Shown: positions 46,718 through 58,868, counted from the stretch's first letter. The stretch: DNA of 64,000 nucleotides from Octopus vulgaris (GCA_951406725.2 OX597832.1:19902001-19966000), one strand, 5' to 3'. Notes: generated by a model not told the origin, from the sequence alone. Program-made: numbers and translations.

Positions 46718-46925
46718 CCTAATTGTCACAATTTTTCATTCACGATCTGGCAAACGTACGTTCGATTCCTGGACCGAGAGGCGCGTTGTGTTCTTGAGAA
46801 AAAAAAAAAAAATTTTACGTTACTCAAAAGCTGTATAGAGACCGACATATCAAAAGAATTGACCTAACGTGACCTCTGCGTGGCGTAAAAGACGACTAAA
46901 TGAGAATGAGCGAGGTTTCAATTTT
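46718..46925 (+). repeat. Right arm of inverted duplication
   Basis: Reverse complement of 42618-42830. Confidence 0.93.
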
Positions 46926-47323
46926 ACGGAATTTCAGTACTTGGAGGAGAGCATAGTGTAATCCCATAGTCATCACAACTATCTCATCCACTTCGGGTCG
47001 TTGTGGCATTATTTTTTAGGACCAGGTTTATGGGTCAGTCACACAGAAGAATGACTCAAATGAGGGCTGGTTCTCAGGTTTGTGTCATGCAAATTTATTG
47101 CCGTGTGGGGTGTTTTTATATTTCGTACGATAGTTATTCTAAATGAGAATTAAATAGACCCTGAAATGTTAGGGTCCGGAGAGCATGAAACTAGCTGAGC
47201 AGACTGTAAGTAAAGTGGGAAAATGAAAGGGGTAAAACCGAACTATTCCATTACAAAATAAAACAAACTAAATGTGAATTTTAAAAATATATCATCAGAG
47301 CCCTGTATATATATATATATATA

Positions 47324-47441
47324 TTATAGAAGGAGCTTCTACAGAACTAGAACTGTTTCATTCAAATGAAATCACCAGGAAGCTTCCTGATGATTTCATT
47401 TGAATGAAACAGTTCTAGTCCTGTAGAAGCTCCTTCTATAA
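47324..47441. repeat. 118-bp spacerless palindrome (probable Penelope-like element end)
   Basis: 59-bp arms with 2 mismatches, centred on AAGCTT. Confidence 0.92.
47381..47431 (+). ncRNA. Type I hammerhead ribozyme candidate
   Basis: Stem I AGCTTC/GAAGCT; core CTGATGA (47387-47393); stem II TTC-attt-GAA; GAAA (47406-47409); stem III CAG/CTG; cleavage triplet GUA ending at 47425. U-U instead of a pair at the base of stem II. Confidence 0.65.
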
Positions 47442-47513
47442 AATAAATTAATTTACTCTGCTATGAATTGAGTACCTTATTTACAGTGGTTAACCCCGAC
47501 TCAACCCGGGACC

Positions 47514-47587
<74 letters not shown>

Positions 47588-48267
47588 CACACACACGCAT
47601 ACACGCACACACGTGTACACACGCAAACACACGCACGAACAAACACACACACACGCACACACACATATATATAATTACATTTCTATGTATGTCTACATGC
47701 AAAACCACACGTATACATATAAGTTCTTAATTGTGAAGTTGGGGTTTTTTCTCGTGACTTGAGTTTCACGCTACTGCGATCTTTAAGCAAATTTCCTGAG
47801 GATCTGCAGTGGCGCGAAGGTTGAGTTGCAAGACACGCTCTCATCTTCTGTGTTAATAAAACACACATCATACGTCTTGAGCACTCCTTTCTCATTCATC
47901 CAATAGTAAATAACGCATATATGTGTATGTATGGTGTGAAACTGTTTATTAGCAATTGGTTGATAACTAATGAGGAATAAGGAACTTCTGCGTTTGTCTT
48001 TCGTCCGGTTTTGCGCTTAGTATACGTTGTGATGTATGTTTACTTATCATACATTTTTTTCATTTATTAAGTAATGGAACGCAACACACACCAAATTTAT
48101 CAGCCGAAATTGCGAGGATGATCCGGTTCTTGACTGAAGATAAAAGGCTTCGAATGACCTGTACCTGTTTTCTTGTATAGTCTATCTGGATGTTTTGTTG
48201 TCCCTTTTTGTATCACCTTGTTGTCCGGAGGTTTTGCGTTCTTGTCCCATTTTGAATTTTATTATAT

Positions 48268-48330
<63 letters not shown>

Positions 48331-48337
48331 TAACACA

Positions 48338-48339
<2 letters not shown>

Positions 48340-48408
<69 letters not shown>
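48340..48408. repeat. (CA)n microsatellite next to (TA)n
   Basis: Directly visible. Confidence 0.95.
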
Positions 48409-48412
<4 letters not shown>

Positions 48413-49527
48413 TGATATATATGACTGTGTCTAGCTTTCGATTACGGATGAGTCAACCGGAGAAAGATTGTCGTATATAATACTATGAGTGAAATATCGT
48501 TTTCACTTGTAAAAAATATAATTTTGTAATTTTCTATTTTATGTATTGAGTGATGTGGAGTTACGTCCCTTGATGTGAGAAATAGGTCATAGTACTTAAC
48601 GTCATGTTACTTCTTTAAAGTCTAATAAAATATGGGGTAAATTCAAATATGTGCGACTGATAACGGTCGATAAAATAAACATTGGACGATATATTGAGGT
48701 CAATGTAATCCCCTCCTACAAACTAAACGAGGACTATCCAATGCGGAAAACCAACTTAGAAATAAAAGTATACGTGTTCATATGTATGTATGCATGGATG
48801 TATGAATATGCTTATGTATATATATGTATATATATGCATATATAATTATATATGTATATATATAATTATATATGCATAGATATATATATATGACAATATA
48901 ATATGTATATGATTACACGCACACATGTATGTATATGTACTCATGCACGTCTATACAGACATAGATACATACATATCTAAGTACATATATACACATATAT
49001 ACATACCTACATACATACATACATATATAGATATATATATATATATCTACATACATACATACATACCTACATGCATATATACATACACATACATACATAC
49101 ATGCATACATACATACATACATACATACATACATACATACATACATACATACATACATACATACATACATACATACACATATAGAGAAAGACATGTATCC
49201 TTATATATATATTTTTCATTGAGGAGATCTGGGTTGGTTTTTGAAGCCCCGAAAAAAAACCACCCACAAAAGGAAAATCAACGGGAAACTCACACACACA
49301 CACTTACACATATACACACACATACGTACATATATACATATATACATACGTACATGCATTCATACATGTTGGGGCAAAAAGAAGGAAGAGTGACGTTATG
49401 ATGGGGGTGGTTGCTCGGTGGCGGTGGCGCGGTTGGGATGTGTCATCAGTGAGTTTTAGAGTTTAGAGTGTCACGAATACTTTTTGCGTTTGTTGTTGTA
49501 TCATTCCATATACATACATACACACAA

Positions 49528-49560
<33 letters not shown>

Positions 49561-50224
49561 CATACACGTACATATATATATATATATACACACAAACACA
49601 CACATATATATATATATATATACAGACATATACATATATATATATATATATATATACACGCATACACACATATATATACATGTGCATATTTATTTATTTG
49701 TATATTTATTTATTTATTTAAAGGCCTGATGACTCCTCTATAAGGAGTAAAAATGGAAGGAGTCGGGGCGTCGTTTCTATTGAAAAAGGAACGAATGAAT
49801 GCTAAGAATGCGTATTGTTCCGTGGAAACAGGAATGTTTTGAATAGAGATTTTTAGCGGGCCGCGATGGAAGAGGGCTGTGGTGAGCTACGGTGGACTGA
49901 ATGAATGACTGAATCCATGTTATTGATCGATCTTGCTATACCGCTCTGTCTCTCTCTCTCTCTTTCTCTTTATTTTATTCGTTCTAGATTTCTTTCTCTT
50001 TCTCTCACGCTACTCTCTTTATGCTGTCTACCTTTATTTCTCACTCTCTTTATCATTGTCTCTCTTTCGCTCTCCCTCACTCTGTCACATATCTCTCCCT
50101 CCCTCTCTCACACACACACACGTTTAATGTATAATGAAGAATTCTACGTGGACGCCGATGAAGCTGCGTTTTCTGGTTAGTGCCAATGCGAGAATATTGT
50201 CTACAGACGGTACGCGTGCGCGCG

Positions 50225-50475
50225 TCCGTGTATGTATGCGTGTGTACGTGCGTGTGCCTTCGTGAGTGTGTGTATGTGTGTGTGTGTACGTGTGTCTTTG
50301 TGAGTGTATGTATGTGTGTGTGTGCGTGTGTCTATGTGAGTGTGTGTGTGTATGTGTGTGTGTGCGTGTCTTTGTGAGTGTGTGTATGTGTGTGTGTGTG
50401 CGTGTGTCTTTGTGAGTGTGTGTATGTGTGTGTGTGCGTGTCTTTGTGAGTGTGTGTATGTGTGTGCGTGTGTGT
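50225..50475. repeat. ~38-bp GT-rich minisatellite derived from (TG)n
   Basis: Unit of about GTGTGCGTGTGTCTTTGTGAGTGTGTGTATGTGTGT, repeated about 6 times. Confidence 0.8.
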
Positions 50476-50877
50476 GAGTGTGTGTGTGTGTCATTTGGCC
50501 ATGTATGATCGTGTGTATGAGTTTATTAGATTGGTCATATATATGCGTCTGTGTGTATATCTGTGTAGGTGTGAGTGTGTGCATGTGTGAGCTCGTTGTG
50601 TGTGTGTGTGTGCACGTGTATATATGTGTACTGATGTATGTGTGAGGTCGTTGAGTGTATGCGCGTGTATATGTGAGTACATGCGTGTGTACACTTGTGG
50701 CCATGTGTGTGGCTGTGTGTGCATATATGAGTAGTCGTGAGTATGCGTGTATGTATAGGCCTGTGCATGTGCGTATGCATATGTATGTGTGTGAGCGTGT
50801 GTTTGTGTGCGGTCGTGTATGTATATATCTGTGACTATGTATGTATATGTGTATAGTTGTATGCATGGTCACCTCTG

Positions 50878-50916
<39 letters not shown>

Positions 50917-50966
50917 TTGTACGGATGCGTTGATGTGTGCGTATATGTGTGTGTAGTGGTATCTTA

Positions 50967-51251
50967 TTCTTTTATTCTTTTATTCTTTTACTTGCTTCAG
51001 TCATTTGACTGCGGCCATGCTGGAGTACCGCTTTTAGTTGAATCAAATCGATTCCAGGACTTATTCTTTGTAAGCCTAATACTTATTCTATCAGTCTCTT
51101 TTGCCGAACCGCTATGTGACGGGGATCTAGACACACCAGTAACTGTTGTCAAGCGATGGTGGATGGACAAACACAGACACACAATCATATAGACACACAT
51201 ACATACATACACACACATATATATATATATATATATACACACACATACACT

Positions 51252-51289
<38 letters not shown>

Positions 51290-51449
51290 CATATACACGA
51301 TGAGCTTCTTTCAGTTTCCGTCTACTAAATCCATTCACAAGGCTTTGGTCGGCCCGAGGCTATAGTAGAGGACAGTTGCCTAAGGTGCCACTGAACCCGG
51401 AACAATGTGGTTGGTAAGCAAGCTACTTACCACGCAGCCACTCCTGTGC
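50967..51449 (-). mobile_element. SINE family B
   Basis: Collinear with 45591-46000; expanded internal microsatellite and a small deletion in the head. Confidence 0.9.
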
Positions 51450-51990
51450 ATTTATCTGTGGTCGTGTGTGTGTATATATATGTGTGGTCTTTGAATATGT
51501 ATGTTTGAATATGCATACTGCATTTGTTTTTGTTTAACCCTCAATCCATTTACTGGATAAAGTTTATGACAAATGACACTCCTGCTTTTCCAAACAAGCA
51601 GTCTAAGACATAAAGTGGAATATTATTCTGAGTTTCGTTTTCTTTAAGACTATACGGAAGTTTTACTTCTAATTCTAGCGGGTTTAGCGACCACGTGGTT
51701 ACACGATATTTTTTTGTATTTTGTGATTGTATTAATGTGTGTGTTTGTGTGTATTTGAGTGTATGTATGAAAGTGTGTATGCGTTAATGTGTATGTATGA
51801 AGTTGTGTGTGAATGTGCTTATGTGTGAGCGAGGTTGTGTGAGGTTGAGTATGTATTAATATTTCACTGTATGAATGTGTGTGAATGAGGTTGAATATGT
51901 CTATTGTTCTACTCAATATTTGTGACAAAAACAACAACAGCATCTCTAGTTTAACATACGAACGACAACAATAGTCACATTTGCCGAAAA

Positions 51991-52372
51991 ACAGAGGGGA
52001 CAAACAAGGACAGACAAACGGATTAAGTCGATTACATCGACCCCAGTGCGTAACTGGTACTTATTTAATCGACCCAGAAAGGATGAAAGGCAAAGTCGAT
52101 GTCGGTGGAATTTGAACTCAGAACGTAACGGCAGACCAAATACTTGTTTCTTTATTACCCAAAAAGGGGCTAAACACAGAGGGGACAAACAAGGACAGAC
52201 AAAGGGATTAAGTCGATTACATCGATCCCAGTGCGTAACTGGTACTTATTTATTGACCCCGAAAGGATGAGAGGCAAAGTCGACCTCCGCGGAATTTGAG
52301 CTCAGAACGTAACGGCAGACGAAATACTGCTATGCATTTCGCCCGGCGTGATAACGATTCTGCTAGCTCGCC
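51991..52372 (-). mobile_element. SINE family C, tandem form (2 x 185 bp, 3'-truncated)
   Basis: Head at 52372; core plus linker repeated with period 185. An older decayed C copy adjoins at about 52380-52520. Confidence 0.9.
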
Positions 52373-54240
52373 AAGGATAAAGTCAATGTTATTTGACTAG
52401 TGCTTCATTTTATCAACCCGACTTGTTAAAGTTGAAGATGAGCACGTTAGAGTTTGAACTGAGAACATAACGAACCAGGATAATGCTGAGAAGCATTTTC
52501 CTGATGCCCTAATTTGCTAATCCACTAATCTTTATTCATGAGTAAAAAATAGAAAAATGCAGTTTGCATGTATATATTTCTTGTTTTTCTGCTATGGTGT
52601 TAACAATCTTTATCATTGTCTCTCTTTTGTCCTTCTCCATTATTCTAGAGAAGGACAAAAGATCTAGAAGGTGTCTTTAGAATAGATTGATCCCATGTCC
52701 GAGATTTCAGAAACAGAGCCGTCGTTAGGAGATTATGATATTTGTATATTTGGGCCCCACATCAATTCAGTAACAACAGCTGCAGAGGCAGCGGCAACAA
52801 CAACAACATCATCATTATCATCATCATCATCATCTACAACAACAACAACAACAACAGCAACAACAACAACAGCATCAGCGGCAGAAACAAAAGCAGTGTC
52901 AAAACATTATAAATTGAGAGATAGTCTATAGTGCCTCTCGTTTGATAATCATCATTATGAAATTGATACTGGAGCCTTTTGCGCAGGACATCAAATATAG
53001 CGGCTTCTCAGAGAACTCGAAACCGGCTTCAAAAGACTCTGAACTGAATCACTATCAGGAGCCTAGATTTGTATGTACGCCACGGTGTTTACCATTGCTA
53101 AAGCAGTAACATCAGTTGATATATAAGGCCATGATCTCACCGTGTGATAGTGGCAACAAGGGGGTTATTAGAGCGCTTCATCGTCAGGTTTGGTTGAGTA
53201 ACTACCAGCAAGACTCTGTGAGATCCTTGTTAGTGTTATTTATTTCACTTTGACATCATACCGCAGCCCGCCAGGTGAGCTGCAATGGCTGAATGGAGTG
53301 GGTGTCTAGACTTCTTGTCTACCATAGAAGATCACGAGTTCATATGATCCAGTCAGATCACAACTGTTACGCACCATCTTAAAAAAAAGAGCACTATTTT
53401 ACGCGCGATTTAACTGTCGGAATAAACTGTGAAAAATAAAAAGAAAAAGAGAGAGAAAAGTGAGAAAGATAGATAGATAGGGGAAATATTTACTGTTGCT
53501 GGTGTTGTTTGGACCTAGTTAAATAATGTTTATATACATCTATGATCAAAGAAAATCTATCCGTAATTTACAGGTCTTTTTTTTTTAAGGTCTCATTGTA
53601 ACGAAAATTACGTCATTCAGTTTGACCTTACGTCTTTGAAGTAGAAATTCACTTCTGTTTTTGTCAGTTGAAGTGACCACATATATCACTCCTAGGGACA
53701 CAACAATTGCACCAAGCCTCACTCAAATGTACGTGTGAAAGAGAGAGAAATCCAGAGAGAGGGGGCGAGAGAGCGATAGAGAAAGAGAGAGTGTGTGTCG
53801 CGCGTCTGTAGAGGCAAATGCAGAACAAAGCTTAACTAGTAACATGCTAGACTAAGCAACCTAAGAATATTCAATTATCTCCCTTTATAATACATCGAAA
53901 GACTTGACTAAACTTTATAGGATATTCTGTCCACTGCTCCAATGATTATGTCACGCTACAAATTTTCGAGAAAATTTATTGAAAAGCAAAAAGAAAAACA
54001 TCATTTATTTCGATTATTTTAATATTTAACCTCTAATTTTGTTTTCTTTAATGACAACGAGCATATAATCTATAAGATATTGATTTCCTTCGTGTTAGGC
54101 AAAGAATGTTCTTCAAAACACTGAACTAACCGCCCAATACTTAGCGTGACCAGGGATAAATGTTTCGCGGAAAAGTGTAGGTTTAACGTAATTTTCATAC
54201 GGAAGATACAGGTTAGGGTATGAAAAGTATATACATTTAA

Positions 54241-54562
54241 GGAGGCGAGCTGGCAGAAACGTTAGCACGCCGGGCAAAATGCTTAGCGGTATTTCGTCTG
54301 TCTTTACGTTCTGGTTTCAAATTCCGCCGAGGTCGACTTTGCCTTTCATCCTTTCAGGTTCGATAAATTAAGTACCAGTTACGCACTGAGGTCGATGTAA
54401 TCGACTCAAAAATTCTGGCCTTGTAACATTCTGTGTCACACAGAATCCCTCTGAGAACTACCTGAAGGGTATGCTCAACCCCTTTCACGTTAGTTTTACG
54501 AGTAGGCTGTTCCGTTGATGGGATAAACCGCAACCCTCATCGTCGTAATCAGCGGAGGGCCA
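54241..54562 (+). mobile_element. Chimeric SINE: family C head and core plus diverged family A tail
   Basis: 54241-54406 is family C. From GGCCTTGT (54417) the sequence follows the family A tail (..GGCTGTTCCGTTGAT..CCCTCATCGTCGTAA). Confidence 0.85.
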
Positions 54563-54631
54563 GTTATAAAGATTCTACGAATTCACAATTTTTATTTTTT
54601 TCTAATTATTCACAAATTCTCGAATTTTGTA

Positions 54632-54780
54632 GGGAGGTGTTAGTCGATCACATCGACATCAGCACTTGACTGAAACTTCATTCTATCGATCAGGGAGGGA
54701 TGAAATGCAATACTGATTACGGCAGGATTAGATCTCAGGACCTAAGGTTTCAGAAGAACTGTTTCAATGACTCTGCCAAT
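54632..54780 (-). mobile_element. Degenerate family C SINE
   Basis: AGTCGATCACATCGAC..TATCGAT..GGATGAAATGCAA..GATCTCAG..TGACTCTGCCA. Confidence 0.55.
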
Positions 54781-55600
54781 CAACAGTAGTAAATATAATA
54801 TATCATATAAGAAATAGTTTCTCAGTAAACATAATTGAAATCCGGACATTAACAACATTATTCTCAATATAGTTAAGTGACAAATTCGAATTGATAAAAT
54901 ATGGAAAATACTTGCTCCTATGAAGAAACTTATATCTGTGAAAGATCAAGAATATGTGGGAAAAGAGAGGAGCGAGAAGAGAGATCAATAGAGAGATAAA
55001 AGATTAAGAGACGAGAGAAAGATTGAGAGAGACCTGGTCTGTATTAACTTCGAGATGTAACGAGGTTCATGTAGGATCGAGTTCAAGGTTGTTGTGTGTT
55101 GTTGTTATTGGTTAGACTGAAGATCACAAGTAGATTCGTGATTAAGCCGATGCAAGATGAAAGTAATTCCGCGTATAACCATCTTGACATTTTCTACGTG
55201 CGGCGGACCCAGGTTAATGCATATTCTAACATGATCTTTTAACACAGTTGTGTGTCGCTTCTGACTGTGATTTGAAGGATATTTCTAGAAGGCCAATCGA
55301 TCGCGTAGATCCCCACAACATTAAGTCGGAAACTCTCACTCCGGTGCTGACCAGCCATATTGTTTCCCTATGAGCAGAGGCCTAAGGAACCCATATTATT
55401 CCACTCTACTTTCTTTTCAGAAATTAGGGTGTTATTTCAGAGAGATTTAGCTGATGTTTCTAATATTTAAGCGATTAGGAAAAAGCCCACTTAATTGGGC
55501 CGGACAACTGTATTGAAAGGAGCCCTATTAGAAAATCAATTCAGTAGATTAGGATTATCGACAAGACTGGAAATAAAATACCTTGTGGTATTAAGTTATG

Positions 55601-55860
55601 TGTGGAGGCGCGAGGCTTAGTGGTTAGGGTGTCAGCATCATGATCGTAACATTGTGGTTTCGATTCCTGGACCGGGCGACGTGTTGTATTCTTGAGCAAA
55701 ACACTTCATTTCCTGTTGCTCCAGTCTACTCAGCTGGCAAAAATAAGTAACGCTGAGATGGACTGGCGTCTCGTCCAGCTGGGGAACACATACGCCATTG
55801 AAACCGGAAACCGGGCCCATGAGCCTGACTAGGCTTTAAAAGGGCGCATTTATTTTTATT
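55601..55860 (+). mobile_element. SINE family D, full length
   Basis: 12-bp TSD TATTAAGTTATG at 55589-55600 and 55861-55872; (TTTA)n tail. Confidence 0.93.
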
Positions 55861-56586
55861 TATTAAGTTATGCTATTTTCTGTGAAATATTACCGAATTC
55901 AGTTTGACGTTAGCACTTCTGTGGTCCACAAAAAAGAAAAAACAGAAACGATAGTCAAGGAGAGACATTAATACAGTCGATAGTTTGTCTCGTCTACAAT
56001 GTTGTTTCCGTGCCAATTCTGGAAATAAACAGTAGAAAAAAGGGGGCAAATTGTGGATTTTTCACACAATGACCAACAATATTCCTGTAACGTCTGTTGA
56101 TGTTAAACTGTATTCGTTTCACGTACATTGTAGCCAACAGACGTGTGAAACATTCACTAACAGGAAACTGAATACTCCAATGAAGGAATCGAAATAAAAT
56201 TTACAGAAAACGTATAGAGACATTTACATATATAAATATATATACATAAATTTGGACACACGCACATACACACATACAGACACACACACACAAACGTGTA
56301 TATTTATATATGTAGAGAATTGGTGCACAAGATAAATATACATAGCAAGCGTAATAGTTCAAATGTTTTCCCTTCTTCAGCAATCTCGTTAAGGAATCTA
56401 ATTGTATCGATACTCCTGGGACAGAACTGCTACAATGCTTGCATCGACAAAACATTGGATGGGGTTGAGGAGCAATTAATGCAGAGATCAAAGCACATAG
56501 ACAGGTAGAAACACAAGGTGACTTCTAAAGACAGAACAGAAAAGGAGAAGAAAGGGATGAATAGTTAAAATTGTGGGATTATATAT

Positions 56587-56882
56587 CACGTGACCGACCA
56601 GACCATAAGATGTTGTTACACATCGCTGGTCACAATGCGTTCGCATTGTTTTAGCCTTCGAATGACGACACCCCGCTGGCTAAGCGAGCAGGCCAACCGA
56701 AGAAAGAATGGGAGAAAGTGGTGAAAGAGTACAGCAGGGATCACCACCCCCTGCCGGAGCCTCGTGGAGCTTTTAGGTGTTTTCGCTCAATAAACACACA
56801 CAACGCCCGGTCTGGGAATCGAAACCGCGATCCTGCGACCGCGAGTCCGCTGCCCTAACCACTAGGCCATTGCGCCTCCACA
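56587..56882 (-). mobile_element. SINE with family A head and an alternative 3' tail (A2)
   Basis: 56712-56880 is near-identical to the family A 5' half; 56587-56700 is unrelated to the A tail. 11-bp TSD GGATTATATAT at 56576-56586 and 56883-56893. Confidence 0.9.
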
Positions 56883-56907
56883 GGATTATATATGATGAAT
56901 GTAAATA

Positions 56908-57472
56908 TTGAGTTGTCCGGAAAGTTCGTGCAGATTTTAAAGGAAAGGAAAAGGTCAATGAATATTTGCCATTACATTTTTAATCAACCAAATATGAACC
57001 ATTTTGTTGCACAATGCGTCTCCATCTTTCCTTTAACTTGAAAATACCCTCTTCCCAGAATTGAAGTGGTTTCATGGCAAAGAATTCATCAACGTATCTT
57101 TTTACGTAATCCAAGGAATGGAAATTTTTAGCATTAAGACTATTCTGCAGAGACATGAATAACTGGAAATCCGAAGGTGCAATATCTGGTGAATATGGAG
57201 GGTGGGGTAACACATCCCAACCGAGCTGCAACAATTTTTGTCTGGTTCCCAAGGCATCAAGTGCCGAAAATGAACTTTTTTATCTTCCATTTTAAAGGGT
57301 TACTGAATTAACACAGGTTATAGGAACATAAACCTTCTTCCACGAAAAGATAGCTTAAACTGTGCTCTAAATGGAGGTGTAGTCAAATCCTATTTTATGG
57401 ACTCATTCCTGTTCTAAAATAAGTCGAAAGGTAAGCTACTATAAATCGGCATGAACTTTCCGGACAAACCAA
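56908..57472 (-). mobile_element. Internally deleted mariner transposon (565 bp)
   Basis: 30-bp TIRs TTGAGTTGTCCGGAAAGTTCGTGCAGATTT and AAATCGGCATGAACTTTCCGGACAAACCAA (26/30); TA left, TG right; transposase remnants inside. Confidence 0.93.
56980..57290 (-). pseudogene. Mariner transposase remnant (N-terminus fused out of frame to C-terminus)
   Basis: MEDKKVHFRHLM is joined to TRQKLLQLGWDVLPHPPYSPDIAPSDFQLF..GIFKLKERWRRIVQQNGSY, which contains the mariner YSPDLAPSD motif. Confidence 0.92.
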
Positions 57473-57550
57473 TGGTACATGCATCTTTCTCGCTACAATA
57501 TAACATTAGTGATTTACAAGGAAAATAAACGAAATAAAACAACAGCATAT

Positions 57551-57920
57551 GGAAGCACTCCGTCGGTTACGACGACGAGGGTTCCGGTTGATCCGAATCA
57601 ACGGAACAGCCTGCTCGTGAAAGTAACGTGTAAGTGGCTGAGCACTCCACAGACACGTGTACCCTTAACGTAGTTCTCGTGGGACATTCAGCGTGACTCA
57701 GAGAGTGACAAGGCCGGCCCTTTGAAATACAGGTACAACAGAAACAGGAAGTAAGAGTGAGAGAAAGTTATGGTGAAAGAGTACAGCAGGGATCACCACC
57801 ATCCCCTGCCGGAGCCTCGTGGAGCTTTTAGGTGTTTTCGCTCAATAAACACTCACAACGAAACCGCGATCCTATGACCGCGAGTCCGCTTCCCTAACCA
57901 CTGGGCCATTGCGCCTCCAC
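57551..57920 (-). mobile_element. SINE family A with a 16-bp deletion in the B-box region
   Basis: Near-identical to 21-401; 15-bp TSD AAAACAACAGCATAT at 57536-57550 and 57921-57935. Confidence 0.93.
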
Positions 57921-57975
57921 AAAACAACAGCATATAGGAGGTGGAGGGCAAAAACAAAAAGGACAACGCAATAGT

Positions 57976-58187
57976 CTTTTTATATTTTACATACTTGTTT
58001 CAGTCATTTGACTGCGGCTATGCTGGAGCACCGCCCTTACTCGAGCAAATCGACCCCAGGACTTATTTTTTTGTAAGCCTAGTACTTATTCTATCGTTCT
58101 CTTTTACCGAACCGCTAAGTTTCGGAGACGTAAACTCACCAGCATCGGTTGTCAAGCGATATTGGAGGGACAAACACAGACACACAA

Positions 58188-58236
<49 letters not shown>

Positions 58237-58330
58237 GATATATACGACGGGCTTCTTTCATTTTCCGTCTACCAAATCCACTCACAAGGTTTGGTCGGCC
58301 TGAGGCTATAGTAGAAGACACCTGCGCAAG
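57976..58330 (-). mobile_element. SINE family B, headless
   Basis: Match to family B stops at GAAGACACCTGCGCAAG. Confidence 0.88.
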
Positions 58331-58482
58331 AGCCAGTCTTGTCACACTCTGTGTCACGAGGACTACGTTAATGGTGCACGTGTCTGTGGAGTGCTCAGCC
58401 ACTTGCACTTTAATTTCACGAGGAAGCTGTTCCGTTGATCGTATCAACTGGATGCCTCGTCGTCGTAACCGGTGGAGTACCA
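58331..58482 (+). mobile_element. Family A tail fragment, fused to the preceding B copy
   Basis: GCCAGTCTTGTCACACTCTGTGTCACG..CGTGTCTGTGGAGTGCTCAGCCACTT..CGTCGTCGTAACC. Confidence 0.85.
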
Positions 58483-58868
58483 CGATTAATTTATTCACTG
58501 GCTTTTCAATAACACAGAATCCTAGTAAAACTATTAGAACAATTCAACGACATACACAGAATTTCACCTGCAAAAAAAAAAAAAAAAATGTTGACGCGCC
58601 AGTAATTCGATGTTTGATCCATGACGGATCAGAGAATAACAGAGATCGATTCGTATAAGAGTTAACATAATTCACAACACCTGCATGGCAAACTGTCTGA
58701 CTTCGATGGCTAGCGGTTTATTTTTTTGTTTTTAATTTCTTTCAAAGATTCCTACTTAGGTTTCTTTTTTTCCATTATATCTCTTTATCCTTCGTGATCT
58801 TTCGTATCTCTCTTTATACCCACTTATCATACTGTACACTCTTTTCCACACACACATACACATATACA

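Noticed and set aside
48095-48270. CTGAAGA..CGAAT possible hammerhead
   Set aside because: GAAA box and stems are not satisfied; it may be an unclassified repeat.
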